Assembly (NCBI GenBank): GCA_036675475.1
Contig: JAKFEY010000002.1
Span: 4,459 to 68,458 of the forward strand
Origin: Vicinamibacterales bacterium
Lineage (GTDB): Bacteria > Acidobacteriota > Vicinamibacteria > Vicinamibacterales > SCN-69-37
DNA length: 64,000 nt
Direction: 5' to 3'
The notes under the pieces: generated by a model
The model's database searches: none
The model's input: only the letters and a program-made list of their open reading frames with translations
What the model was told of the DNA's origin: nothing
Made by a program: the position numbers and the translations under genes
Shown: positions 8,869-21,418 of the stretch, piece by piece
How the letters are laid out: each line of letters opens with the position of its first letter
Position numbering within the stretch: position 1 is the stretch's first letter

Positions 8869-9800
8869 AAACAGTCATCACCGGTTCCATCGCCTACGAC
8901 TACCTGATGTCGTTCCCCGGCAAGTTCACCGAGCACTTCCTTGCCGAGCACATGGAGCGTGTCAGCCTCAGCTTCCTGGTCGACACGATGGACAAGCGGC
9001 GCGGCGGCTGCGCGCCGAACATCGCCTACACGCTGGCCCTGCTCGGCGAGACGCCGTACCTGATGGCGACGGCGGGGCAGGACTTCGAGGACTATCGTCA
9101 GTGGCTCGAAGCGGCGAAGGTCGACACGTCACTCGTGCGCGTGGTGCCCGACAAGTTCACGGCCTCTTTTTTCTGCAGCACCGACCAGCACAACAACCAG
9201 ATCGCGTCGTTCTACACCGGCGCCATGGCGCATGCGGCGGAGCTGTCGTTCCGCACGGTGAAGGACTGCGGCCTCGTGATCATCGCCCCGAACGATCCGG
9301 CGGCGATGACGCAGTACGCGGAGGAATGCCGCGCGCTGGGTGTGCGCTTCATCTTCGATCCCGGCCAGCAGTGCGCGCGCATGAGCGGCAGCGAGCTGCA
9401 GGACGGCATTACGGGCGCGTCGGTGCTGATCTGCAACGACTACGAGTTCGAGCTGATCCGGCAGAAGACCGGGCTCTCGGAGGCCGACGTGATTGCCGGC
9501 GCCGATGCGCTGATTGTCACGAAGGGCGAGAAGGGCTCCACGATTCTCACGAAGACCGGATCGATCGACGTGCCGGCCGTGCCGCCGTCGCGCGAAGCGG
9601 ATCCGACCGGTGTGGGTGATGCCTATCGCGGCGGCCTGATGCGCGGGCTCACGCTGGGTCTCGACTGGGAAGCCTGCGGGCGCATGGGCAGCGTGGCCGC
9701 TACGTACGCCCTCGAACATCTCGGCGGGCTCGCCCACGCGTACACGCTCGACGAGTTTCGTAAGCGCTACGCCAGCGCGTTTGGTAAGCCGGGCTTTTAG
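8865..9800 (+). CDS. PfkB-family carbohydrate/nucleoside kinase (adenosine kinase-like)
   Basis: GSIAYD, GGCAPNIAY, FDPGQ, DPTGVGDAYRGG. Confidence 0.88.
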   Translation: MKTVITGSIAYDYLMSFPGKFTEHFLAEHMERVSLSFLVDTMDKRRGGCAPNIAYTLALLGETPYLMATAGQDFEDYRQWLEAAKVDTSLVRVVPDKFTASFFCSTDQHNNQIASFYTGAMAHAAELSFRTVKDCGLVIIAPNDPAAMTQYAEECRALGVRFIFDPGQQCARMSGSELQDGITGASVLICNDYEFELIRQKTGLSEADVIAGADALIVTKGEKGSTILTKTGSIDVPAVPPSREADPTGVGDAYRGGLMRGLTLGLDWEACGRMGSVAATYALEHLGGLAHAYTLDEFRKRYASAFGKPGF

Positions 9801-9806
9801 CGACTC

Positions 9807-9821
9807 TGGCTTGCCGCTTGC
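9807..9821 (+). promoter_or_regulatory. Candidate sigma54 -24/-12 promoter
   Basis: TGGCTT-N5-TTGC upstream of the VWA gene. Confidence 0.4.
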
Positions 9822-9877
9822 ACAGTGCCCCGCCAGAGACCGCAAGCGCATCCGCTCGCGGCAATGGGGAGGCGGCC

Positions 9878-10909
9878 ATGGGGGGCAGGAAGTTCGGCGT
9901 GTTCGGAGCAGTAGTGGCGGCGTCGCTGGCCCTCGGTACGGCGCCGACAGGCGCCCAGGCGCCGCAGCAAAGCCCGCCGCAGCAGACTCCGCCACACCAA
10001 CTTCCGGCACAGCAGCCGCAATCCCCCGTGTTTCGCAGCAGCACCAGCCTCGTCGCGCTCAACGTCATCGTCACCAATCCCGAACAGCAGTACGCGACCG
10101 GCCTCAGCGCCGACGATTTCGAAGTGTTCGAAGATGGGGTGAGGCAGGACGTCCAGTTCTTCGCGGCGGCCGACGTGCCGCTCGATCTCATTCTGTTGAT
10201 TGACGCCAGCTCCAGCATGACCGACAAGGTGGCGGCCGTGCACAAGGCGGCAAGCGGGTTCATCGAGACCATGCGCCCCAGCGATCGCGCCGCCGTCGTG
10301 TCGTTTGCCGACGGCGTGCAGGTGCTGCAGCCGCTCACCGGCGACGCGGCGCTCGTGCGCGCCGCCATCCATCGCACCGGCGCCAAAGGCGCCACCGCGC
10401 TGCACAACGCGATCTACGTCGCGCTCAAGGAATTCGGCCGTCCCGCGACCGCGGCCGGCGAGGTGCGCCGCCAGGCCATTGCCGTGCTGTCTGACGGCGA
10501 AGACACCTCGAGCCTTCTGAGCTTCGACGATGTGCTGGAGATGGCGAAGCGCAGCGGCGTGTCGATTTATACGATCGGGCTGAAGAGCGACCTCGCCGAC
10601 GGCCGTGCCACGCGCGAGCGCCGCTATTTCTCGCAGTCCGATTTCGCGATGAAGCAGCTGGCCATGGAAACCGGCGCGAAGCCGTTCTTCCCCGAGAGCG
10701 TGCACGACCTGAACGGCGTCTACGAGGCGATCGCGACCGAGCTCGCCAGCCAGTATTCGATCGGTTACGTGCCCCGCAACGTGCGCGAAGACGGCAAGTA
10801 CCGCCGCGTCATCGTCCGCGTCACGGACCGGCCCGAGCTGAAGCCGCGCACGCGCACGGGTTACTTCCTGACGGTGGACACGGTCGCGTCGCGGTCGTCG
10901 GATCAGTAG
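9878..10909 (+). CDS. Secreted VWA-domain protein (Acidobacteria VWFA-related type)
   Basis: Signal peptide, FRS...V..NV.V, DF.VFEDGV.Q, MIDAS DASSS, LSDGED, QY.IGY.P. Confidence 0.85.
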   Translation: MGGRKFGVFGAVVAASLALGTAPTGAQAPQQSPPQQTPPHQLPAQQPQSPVFRSSTSLVALNVIVTNPEQQYATGLSADDFEVFEDGVRQDVQFFAAADVPLDLILLIDASSSMTDKVAAVHKAASGFIETMRPSDRAAVVSFADGVQVLQPLTGDAALVRAAIHRTGAKGATALHNAIYVALKEFGRPATAAGEVRRQAIAVLSDGEDTSSLLSFDDVLEMAKRSGVSIYTIGLKSDLADGRATRERRYFSQSDFAMKQLAMETGAKPFFPESVHDLNGVYEAIATELASQYSIGYVPRNVREDGKYRRVIVRVTDRPELKPRTRTGYFLTVDTVASRSSDQ

Positions 10910-10939
10910 GCGCGGCCCGCCGGCGGGTATCATTCGGCC

Positions 10940-11371
10940 GTGCTTTCACGGCTGCTCCTCGGCGCCTCGGTGGCGTGGCTTGCGCTGCTCACGGTCACCG
11001 TGCTCGCCGCGCATCCGGCGCTCACCGCCATCGTCGGCCGGTTCTCGTCCTTTATCTGTCATCAGGAACCCGATCGCACATTCCACATCGGCAACAGCGC
11101 GTGGGCGGTGTGCGCGCGGTGCCTCGGGCTCTACAGCGCCGCGCCGATCGGCGCGCTGATGGCGCTCACGATCGCGTGGCGGCCCGTCACGGCGCGCGGG
11201 AACTTTTTACTGCTGTGTATTGCGGGTGTACCTACGGGGGCCACCTGGCTGGCGGAGCACGCGCTCGGATGGCCGATGACGAACGTCATCCGCTTCGCGG
11301 CGGCGCTGCCGCTGGGCGCGGCTGTCGCATGGGTCATGGGGTACACTCTGTCGGATGCCCGCAGGGGTTGA
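10940..11371 (+). CDS. DUF2085-like membrane protein
   Basis: ICHQ.PDRTF...VCARCLGLY motif with TM helices. Confidence 0.75.
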   Translation: MLSRLLLGASVAWLALLTVTVLAAHPALTAIVGRFSSFICHQEPDRTFHIGNSAWAVCARCLGLYSAAPIGALMALTIAWRPVTARGNFLLLCIAGVPTGATWLAEHALGWPMTNVIRFAAALPLGAAVAWVMGYTLSDARRG

Positions 11372-11747
11372 TGCCGCCACGGTACGTCGCTCTCCGTTTC
11401 TTCTGATCCTGCTCGCCTGGCTCGTACCGGGCGCCGGCCATTTCACGTTGGGAAAACGGCAGAAGGCGTACGTCTTCGCGGGCGTGCTGCCCGTGATGTT
11501 CATCTGCGGGCTGCTGCTGCAGGGCCGGCTCTTCCCGTTCGTGCCGGGCGACCCGCTGGTGGCGCTCGCGTCGCTCGCCAACGTCATGGCGGGCGTGCCG
11601 TATCTCGTCGCGCGGCTGTTCGGCGCGGGCGACGGCGTGCCCACCGCCATCACGTATGAATACGGCAACACGTTCATGATTGCCGCCGGCCTGCTCAACA
11701 CGCTGGTCATGATCGACGCCTTCGACGTGTTCAAGGGGCGCAAGTGA
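11355..11747 (+). CDS. Membrane protein (DUF6677-like)
   Basis: AWLVPGAGHF, EYGNTF..AAGLLN.L..IDA.D. Confidence 0.7.
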   Translation: MPAGVDAATVRRSPFLLILLAWLVPGAGHFTLGKRQKAYVFAGVLPVMFICGLLLQGRLFPFVPGDPLVALASLANVMAGVPYLVARLFGAGDGVPTAITYEYGNTFMIAAGLLNTLVMIDAFDVFKGRK

Positions 11748-11917
11748 CGTCGCATCTTGGCCTGATGGTCGTGTTTGCGGCGATGACATCGGCGGTGTTT
11801 GCCGTGATTGCGAAAGAGACCGTGCGCGACCAGCTGCGCGCGGGGCTCCGGCTGTTTGCCGCCTTCGTCGGCGGCGCGTTCATTCTTGGCTGGCTGATGT
11901 ACTTCATTCCTCTTTAA
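11744..11917 (+). CDS. 57-aa two-TM small membrane protein (absent from the supplied ORF track)
   Basis: GTGA overlap with the upstream stop; MTSHLGLMVVFAAMTSAVFAVIAKETVRDQLRAGLRLFAAFVGGAFILGWLMYFIPL; fills the gap. Confidence 0.75.
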   Translation: MTSHLGLMVVFAAMTSAVFAVIAKETVRDQLRAGLRLFAAFVGGAFILGWLMYFIPL

Positions 11918-11926
11918 CAGGTCTCC

Positions 11927-12709
11927 ATGGCATTCGAGAATCTCATCGTCGACCGCGACGGCGCCGTCGCCATCGTCACCATCAACCGGCCCAAAGTCCT
12001 CAACGCGCTGAACACCGCGACGATGGAGGAGCTGACGAAGGCGTTTGCGGAACTCGGCGCGGACGATTCGGTGCGCGCGATCGTGCTGACCGGCGGCGGC
12101 GAGAAGTCGTTCGTGGCCGGGGCCGACATCAACGAGCTGGCGGTGCAGACGCCGGTGGGCGGACGCGATCACGCGCAGCGCGGGCAGCGCGTGCTCGACG
12201 CCATCGAGAGCCTGGGCAAGCCCGTGATTGCCGCGATCAACGGCTTTGCCTTCGGCGGCGGATGCGAGCTGGCCATGGCCTGCACGCTCCGCGTGGCGGC
12301 CGACACGGCCAAGCTGGGGCAGCCGGAGATCAATCTCGGACTCATTCCCGGCTACGCGGGCACGCAGCGCCTCACGCGTCTTGTCGGGCGCGGCGTCGCG
12401 ATGGAGATCCTGCTGACGGGCGATGCCATCAGCGCGGCCGAAGCGCATCGCATCGGTCTGGTGAACCGCGTCGTGCCTGCCGGCGATTTGATGACGGAAG
12501 CGAAGAAGCTGGCGCAGCAGCTGGCGTCGAAAGCGCCGGTGGCGGCGCGCTTCATCATCGACGCGGTCAACCGCGGCGCCGATCTGCCGCTGGCCCACGC
12601 GCAGGTGTATGAGACGACGCTGTTCGGGCTGGTGTCGACGACCGAGGACATGCGCGAAGGCACGCGCGCGTTTCTCGAGAAGCGCAAACCGGCATTCAAG
12701 GGCAAGTAA
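11927..12709 (+). CDS. Enoyl-CoA hydratase (crotonase)
   Basis: NRPKVLNALN, FVAGADI, GGGCELAMAC, GQPEINLG..PG..GTQRL. Confidence 0.92.
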   Translation: MAFENLIVDRDGAVAIVTINRPKVLNALNTATMEELTKAFAELGADDSVRAIVLTGGGEKSFVAGADINELAVQTPVGGRDHAQRGQRVLDAIESLGKPVIAAINGFAFGGGCELAMACTLRVAADTAKLGQPEINLGLIPGYAGTQRLTRLVGRGVAMEILLTGDAISAAEAHRIGLVNRVVPAGDLMTEAKKLAQQLASKAPVAARFIIDAVNRGADLPLAHAQVYETTLFGLVSTTEDMREGTRAFLEKRKPAFKGK

Positions 12710-12712
12710 CCC

Positions 12713-13144
12713 GTGCGCATTGCCGTGGTCGTCGCCCAGTTTCACGCGTTCGTGACCACGCGCCTTCGTGAGGGCGCGGTGGCGCAGCTGCGCGAGGCGG
12801 GCCTGAGCGACGCGGACATCGCCGTGATCGACGTTCCGGGCGCGTTCGAGGTGCCGCAGATGGCGCGGCGGCTTGCCGACACGGGGCAGTACGACGGGGT
12901 CGTGTGCCTGGGGTGCCTGATTCGCGGCGCGACGCCGCACTTCGACTACATCGCGTCGGCCGTGGCGCACGGCATTACGGCGGCGGCGCTCGAGTCGGGC
13001 GTGCCGATGTCGTTTGGCGTGCTGACGACCAACTCCGCCGAAGAGGCGCTCGAGCGCGCGGTGGACGGGCCGTCGAACAAGGGCCGCGAGGCCGCGCAGG
13101 CGGTGATCGACATGGCGCGCGCCTATGAAGGGCTGCGATCGTGA
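12713..13144 (+). CDS. ribH: 6,7-dimethyl-8-ribityllumazine synthase
   Basis: VPGAFEVP, LGCLIRGATPHFDY, FGVLT, NKG. Confidence 0.95.
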   Translation: MRIAVVVAQFHAFVTTRLREGAVAQLREAGLSDADIAVIDVPGAFEVPQMARRLADTGQYDGVVCLGCLIRGATPHFDYIASAVAHGITAAALESGVPMSFGVLTTNSAEEALERAVDGPSNKGREAAQAVIDMARAYEGLRS

Positions 13145-13578
13145 CGAGCGAGACGCAAGGCCGTCCCGAGCGCACCCGCGCGCGGGAAGCGGCGCTGCAG
13201 CTGCTCTATCGCGCGGAAGTGGGCCGCCTCGACGTTGAGGCGGCCGTGCGGGAGTACTGGGAAGAAGCGGGCGAGTATCTGGAGGGCGCGGTCGAGTACA
13301 GCGTGCGTGCGTTTGCCGAAGCGTTGTTTCACGGCGTGCGCGCGGAACAGGAGGCGCTCGACGCGCGCATTTCGGCGGCGCTCACGAACTGGCGGCTCGA
13401 GCGCGTGGCGCTGATCGATCGCCTCATTCTGCGCCTGGCGGCCTTCGAGCTGGGGCGCGCGAGCGATCCGCCGGCGGTCATCATCGACGAGGCGCTGGAA
13501 CTGGCGCGCCGCTTTGGCGGCGATGACTCGGTGCGGTTCGTCAACGGCGTCGCCGACGCCATCAGAAAAAGGTTGTAG
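13141..13578 (+). CDS. nusB: Transcription antitermination factor NusB
   Basis: R.RAREAALQ.LY, W.LER...DRLILR, IDEALELA..F, FVNGV; follows ribH. Confidence 0.93.
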   Translation: MTSETQGRPERTRAREAALQLLYRAEVGRLDVEAAVREYWEEAGEYLEGAVEYSVRAFAEALFHGVRAEQEALDARISAALTNWRLERVALIDRLILRLAAFELGRASDPPAVIIDEALELARRFGGDDSVRFVNGVADAIRKRL

Positions 13579-13619
13579 GCCGGAGCTTTAGCTCCGGCAT
13601 CAGAAGCTTTAGCTCCGGC
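13575..13619 (+). repeat. GTAG-REP-like palindrome plus a partial second copy
   Basis: GTAG gccggagct-tt-agctccggc, then agctttagctccggc. Confidence 0.75.
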
Positions 13620-13624
13620 ATTCC

Positions 13625-15150
<1,526 letters not shown>

Positions 15151-15151
<1 letters not shown>

Positions 15152-15213
15152 GCCAGAGGCCAGCGGCCAGAGGCCAGAGGCCAGGGGCCAGAGGCGAGAG
15201 GCCAGGGGCCAGA
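15151..15213. repeat. Heptamer array GGCCAGA x9 (left arm)
   Basis: Nine 7-nt units counted directly. Confidence 0.95.
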
Positions 15214-15233
15214 GGCGCGCAATCCCCGCTGCG

Positions 15234-15599
15234 TTAGTCACGAAGCTGTCGGAGCGATTTGATCAGTTTCTCCAACATGCGGCGAGCTTCGAGTGCGCAG
15301 TGTCTGCCTTCAGCCGCAGCGTCTGCGGTGAGGAAGCCGAGCCGCGCAGCGACGTGGAGCAAGTACTCCGTTTCGGCCGATGATCCAAACGCGATGTCCA
15401 GGAAGCGGATGTAGTCGCGACGGCTGTCGCGTGCGCATCCTTCGACGATATTTGTTGGTACAGAAAGACTTGCCCGCCGCAGTTGCGCGCGCAGGCCGAA
15501 CCGCTCGTCTGCCGGAAAAGTTCCGGTCAGACGATAGACTAGGACAGCGAGTTCGTCAGATTTGTGGAACACGGTGAGCTTCAAATGATCGCGACCCAT
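15234..15599 (-). CDS. Four-helix-bundle protein (23S rRNA-IVP / Avd-like family)
   Basis: L.VF.K...L...VY.LT..FP..ERFGL..QLRRA..SVP.NI.EG..R......FL.IA.GS..E; GGAGG RBS. Confidence 0.92.
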   Translation of the reverse strand: MGRDHLKLTVFHKSDELAVLVYRLTGTFPADERFGLRAQLRRASLSVPTNIVEGCARDSRRDYIRFLDIAFGSSAETEYLLHVAARLGFLTADAAAEGRHCALEARRMLEKLIKSLRQLRD

Positions 15600-15623
15600 G
15601 GAGACCTCCGGCGCCGGGCACAG

Positions 15624-15638
15624 GCATGCGCCGTACCA
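15624..15638 (-). promoter_or_regulatory. Candidate sigma54 promoter for the four-helix-bundle gene
   Basis: TGGTAC-N5-ATGC (GG-N10-GC) just upstream of the RBS on the - strand. Confidence 0.4.
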
Positions 15639-15645
15639 GCGGGCC

Positions 15646-15673
15646 CCTGGCCTCTGGCCTCTGGTCTCTGGCC
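15646..15673. repeat. Heptamer array TCTGGCC x4 (right arm, inverted relative to 15151)
   Basis: cctggcc tctggcc tctggtc tctggcc. Confidence 0.9.
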
Positions 15674-15685
15674 CGTCGGAGCCGG

Positions 15686-16912
15686 ATGTCGTTAGAACTC
15701 TTCATCGCCCTCCGCTATCTGCTCGCGCGGCGGAAGCAGGCGTTCATTTCGCTCATCTCCCTGATCTCCACGCTTGGTGTCGGCGTCGGTGTGATGGCGC
15801 TCATCATCGCGCTCGCGCTGATGACGGGGCTGCAGCAGGAGCTGCGCGATCGCATCGTCGGATCTACGGCGCACATTTATGCGTTCCGCATCGGCGGCGG
15901 AATTGAAGATCCTGCAGCGGAGTTGCAGAAACTGGAATCGCAGCCGGGCGTGCTTGGCGCGGCGCCGGTGGTGATGGGGAAGGCGATCCTGCAGAGCGCC
16001 GACGGATCGCAGTTCATTACGCTCAAAGGGATCGATCCGGCGCTCGAGCCGCGCGTCACTGAAGTGAGCCGGTCGATGCGGCAGGGCGAGCTCGCGGCGC
16101 TGTCGAACCGGTCTGAAGACGATCCCGACGGCATCGTCATCGGCGAAGATCTGGCGGCGGGATTGCGCGTGACGGTCGGCGACCACGTGAGCCTGCTCGT
16201 GCCGGAAGGCACGCTGACGCCCGGCGGGATGGTGAACCTGCCGCGCACGTTCAAGGTCGTCGGCATCTACCGGCTCGGCCTGTTCGAGTTCGACGCCGCG
16301 TACGGCTTCATCCACCTCGACGTCGCGACGCGCATCCTGAAGAAGTTCGGGCCCGACTACATCGAGCTGCGCGCGGCGGACATGTTCGAGGCGCCGTCGC
16401 TGGCCCGCCGGCTGGAGCAGACGCTCGGCCCGCAATATCAGCTGCAGGACTGGTCCGAGATGAACAGCTCGCTGTTCTCGGCGTTGTGGCTCGAGAAGAT
16501 GGCGATCTCGATCACGATCGGGCTGATCGTAATGGTCGCGGCGCTCAACATCATCGCGTCGCTGATTCTGCTGGTGATGGAAAAGAGCCGCGACATCGCG
16601 ATTCTGAAGACGATGGGGTGCTCGAAGCAGCGGATTCGCACCATCTTCATGCTGCAGGGGCTGGTGATCGGCGTCATCGGGACGGCGATCGGCGCGGCGC
16701 TCGGGCTCGCGGTGTGCTTCGTCGCCGACCGCTACAAGCTGATTCAGATTCCCATCGACGTCTACCAGATCTCCTACGTGCCGTTCACCGTCGAGGTATC
16801 GGACCTGCTTGCCGTGGTCGCCGCCTCGATCGTGATCTGCTTCGTCGCCACGATCTATCCGTCACGCCAGGCCGCGAAACTCGATCCGGCCCAGGCGTTG
16901 AGGTACCAGTGA
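15686..16912 (+). CDS. lolE: Lipoprotein-releasing ABC permease LolC/E
   Basis: FIALRYL, GV.ALII...M.G, VAALNII..L...V.EK..DIAILKTMG, YP..QAA.LDP..ALRY; a single LolC/E-type gene. Confidence 0.88.
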   Translation: MSLELFIALRYLLARRKQAFISLISLISTLGVGVGVMALIIALALMTGLQQELRDRIVGSTAHIYAFRIGGGIEDPAAELQKLESQPGVLGAAPVVMGKAILQSADGSQFITLKGIDPALEPRVTEVSRSMRQGELAALSNRSEDDPDGIVIGEDLAAGLRVTVGDHVSLLVPEGTLTPGGMVNLPRTFKVVGIYRLGLFEFDAAYGFIHLDVATRILKKFGPDYIELRAADMFEAPSLARRLEQTLGPQYQLQDWSEMNSSLFSALWLEKMAISITIGLIVMVAALNIIASLILLVMEKSRDIAILKTMGCSKQRIRTIFMLQGLVIGVIGTAIGAALGLAVCFVADRYKLIQIPIDVYQISYVPFTVEVSDLLAVVAASIVICFVATIYPSRQAAKLDPAQALRYQ

Positions 16913-16920
16913 CGGCAGTC

Positions 16921-16966
16921 AGGCCACAGGCCAGAGACCAGAGGCCAGGGGCCGGAGCCGGGGGCC
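16921..16966. repeat. Degenerate GGCCAGA heptamer array
   Basis: ggccaca ggccaga gaccaga ggccagg ggccgga. Confidence 0.8.
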
Positions 16967-16967
16967 T

Positions 16968-17638
<671 letters not shown>

Positions 17639-17660
<22 letters not shown>

Positions 17661-17722
17661 ATTTCCCCGGTTGAGAAACGGCCACCTCAACCGGGGAAAT
17701 TCAACCGGGAAGAATTTCGGGG
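17639..17722. repeat. Long palindrome with internal CCGGTTGA duplication
   Basis: 24-bp perfect arms 17652-17675 / 17686-17709; outer ccccgaaat/atttcgggg. Confidence 0.9.
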
Positions 17723-17727
17723 ATTTC

Positions 17728-17742
17728 TGGCACTACGCTTGC
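17728..17742 (+). promoter_or_regulatory. Sigma54 -24/-12 promoter
   Basis: TGGCAC-TACGC-TTGC, exact consensus spacing. Confidence 0.65.
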
Positions 17743-17760
17743 GCTAGCTGGGTGGCAGCT

Positions 17761-18285
17761 ATGCGTAAATGCCCCATCCGGCTCGCCGTACTTCCCGCGA
17801 TGCTCATTCTTGCCCTTGGGTCGGCTGCCTGCGGGTCGGCCGCCTCGCCAACCGGGCCGGGGCCCGTCCCCGCGTCGCTTGGCGCCGGCAACTACTCCCT
17901 CATTGTTTTCGGCACCTCCACGTGCCTCAGCGGCACGGGAGGCGTGGCGTCCACGTCATCGGCTGCGGTGCAGGTGACGCTCAGCTCCACCGCTGCCTCC
18001 GATGTGTGGCGCGTCTCGGTTCCGGGGCAGTCGCTGACGGGCGAGGTCGCGCTCGTCAACGGCCAGCTGCAGGGATGGCTGCGCGGCAGCGCGAGCGCCA
18101 ACACCGTGCGCCTGGTGACCGGCTCCACGGCAGACGCCGCGATTGCCGTCGAAAGCCGTGAGATGCACAACGGCCGCTATCAGGGGCCGGTGCTGGTGGG
18201 GACGCCGCGTTACGAAGGCGTTGGCGCGGCCAGCGGCGCCTACACGACCTGTTCGGCCAACGCGTTCACGCTGCAGGCGGCCTGA
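17761..18285 (+). CDS. Putative lipoprotein, hypothetical (paralog 1)
   Basis: Lipobox SAAC-G, SPT motif, G.YSL, C-terminal C.AN.F.L. Confidence 0.65.
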   Translation: MRKCPIRLAVLPAMLILALGSAACGSAASPTGPGPVPASLGAGNYSLIVFGTSTCLSGTGGVASTSSAAVQVTLSSTAASDVWRVSVPGQSLTGEVALVNGQLQGWLRGSASANTVRLVTGSTADAAIAVESREMHNGRYQGPVLVGTPRYEGVGAASGAYTTCSANAFTLQAA

Positions 18286-18340
18286 TCGCGGCGACTCGAG
18301 CCTGACCACCGGCGGCGCGCCGCCGCGCTACAATCGGTGC

Positions 18341-18844
18341 ATGCTCCGCCGGGCTGCGCCGATTGTTGCCGCCGCACTCGCGGCCGCCGCGTGCGGCGGA
18401 TCTCCAACCGCGCCGGCGCTCGTGGTCCCCGCACCGTACGTGCTCACGGCCGGCTCCTACACCCTCAACATCTTTCCGGCCGCATCGAGTCCCTCGGGAC
18501 CCGTCGTGTGCATGACCGCGGGCAGCGGCGCGGGCACGAGCATCGCGATTCCGGTAGAAGTACAGCAGGACGGCCGCACCTGGGCTGCGCGCCCGGCGGC
18601 CGGCACGCTCCAGTTGACGCTGGTCGACGTCAGCCCGGCGGCCTACTACGGCGGGCTGGAGGGATCGTTCACGCTCGGCGGCACGACGATCACCGCCGGA
18701 TCGAGCGGCGAACCGGCCTATGTATTCGCCCTCACCCTGGGCGCGTCGCTGCTCACCGGGCCCATCGACGGCGCCGTCGTCTACACCAGCGGCGGCTCCC
18801 AGTCGTCGTGCAATGCCAACAGCTGGTCGCTGGTCCGCCGCTGA
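18341..18844 (+). CDS. Putative lipoprotein, hypothetical (paralog 2)
   Basis: Lipobox AAAC-GGSPTAP, G.YTL, C-terminal C.AN.W.L. Confidence 0.7.
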   Translation: MLRRAAPIVAAALAAAACGGSPTAPALVVPAPYVLTAGSYTLNIFPAASSPSGPVVCMTAGSGAGTSIAIPVEVQQDGRTWAARPAAGTLQLTLVDVSPAAYYGGLEGSFTLGGTTITAGSSGEPAYVFALTLGASLLTGPIDGAVVYTSGGSQSSCNANSWSLVRR

Positions 18845-18899
18845 GGCACCTCAGCCGCCGGGGCATGCGTCGTAGTGCCTGTATAATCAGGTGTATCGC

Positions 18900-21344
<2,445 letters not shown>

Positions 21345-21368
21345 CAACCTGTAAACTTGGACGTTTTG

Positions 21369-21412
21369 CGGGCTGAAGTCCCGGTGCTGCCGGGACTGAA
21401 GTCCCGGCCTAC
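21369..21412 (-). repeat. GTAG-REP-like palindrome plus a partial copy
   Basis: - strand GTAG gccgggact-tc-agtcccggc (21389-21412). Confidence 0.75.
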
Positions 21413-21418
21413 AACCAC

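Noticed and set aside
15234-15599. Diversity-generating retroelement (Avd-like gene)
   Set aside because: No reverse transcriptase or TR/VR repeat pair was seen in the window
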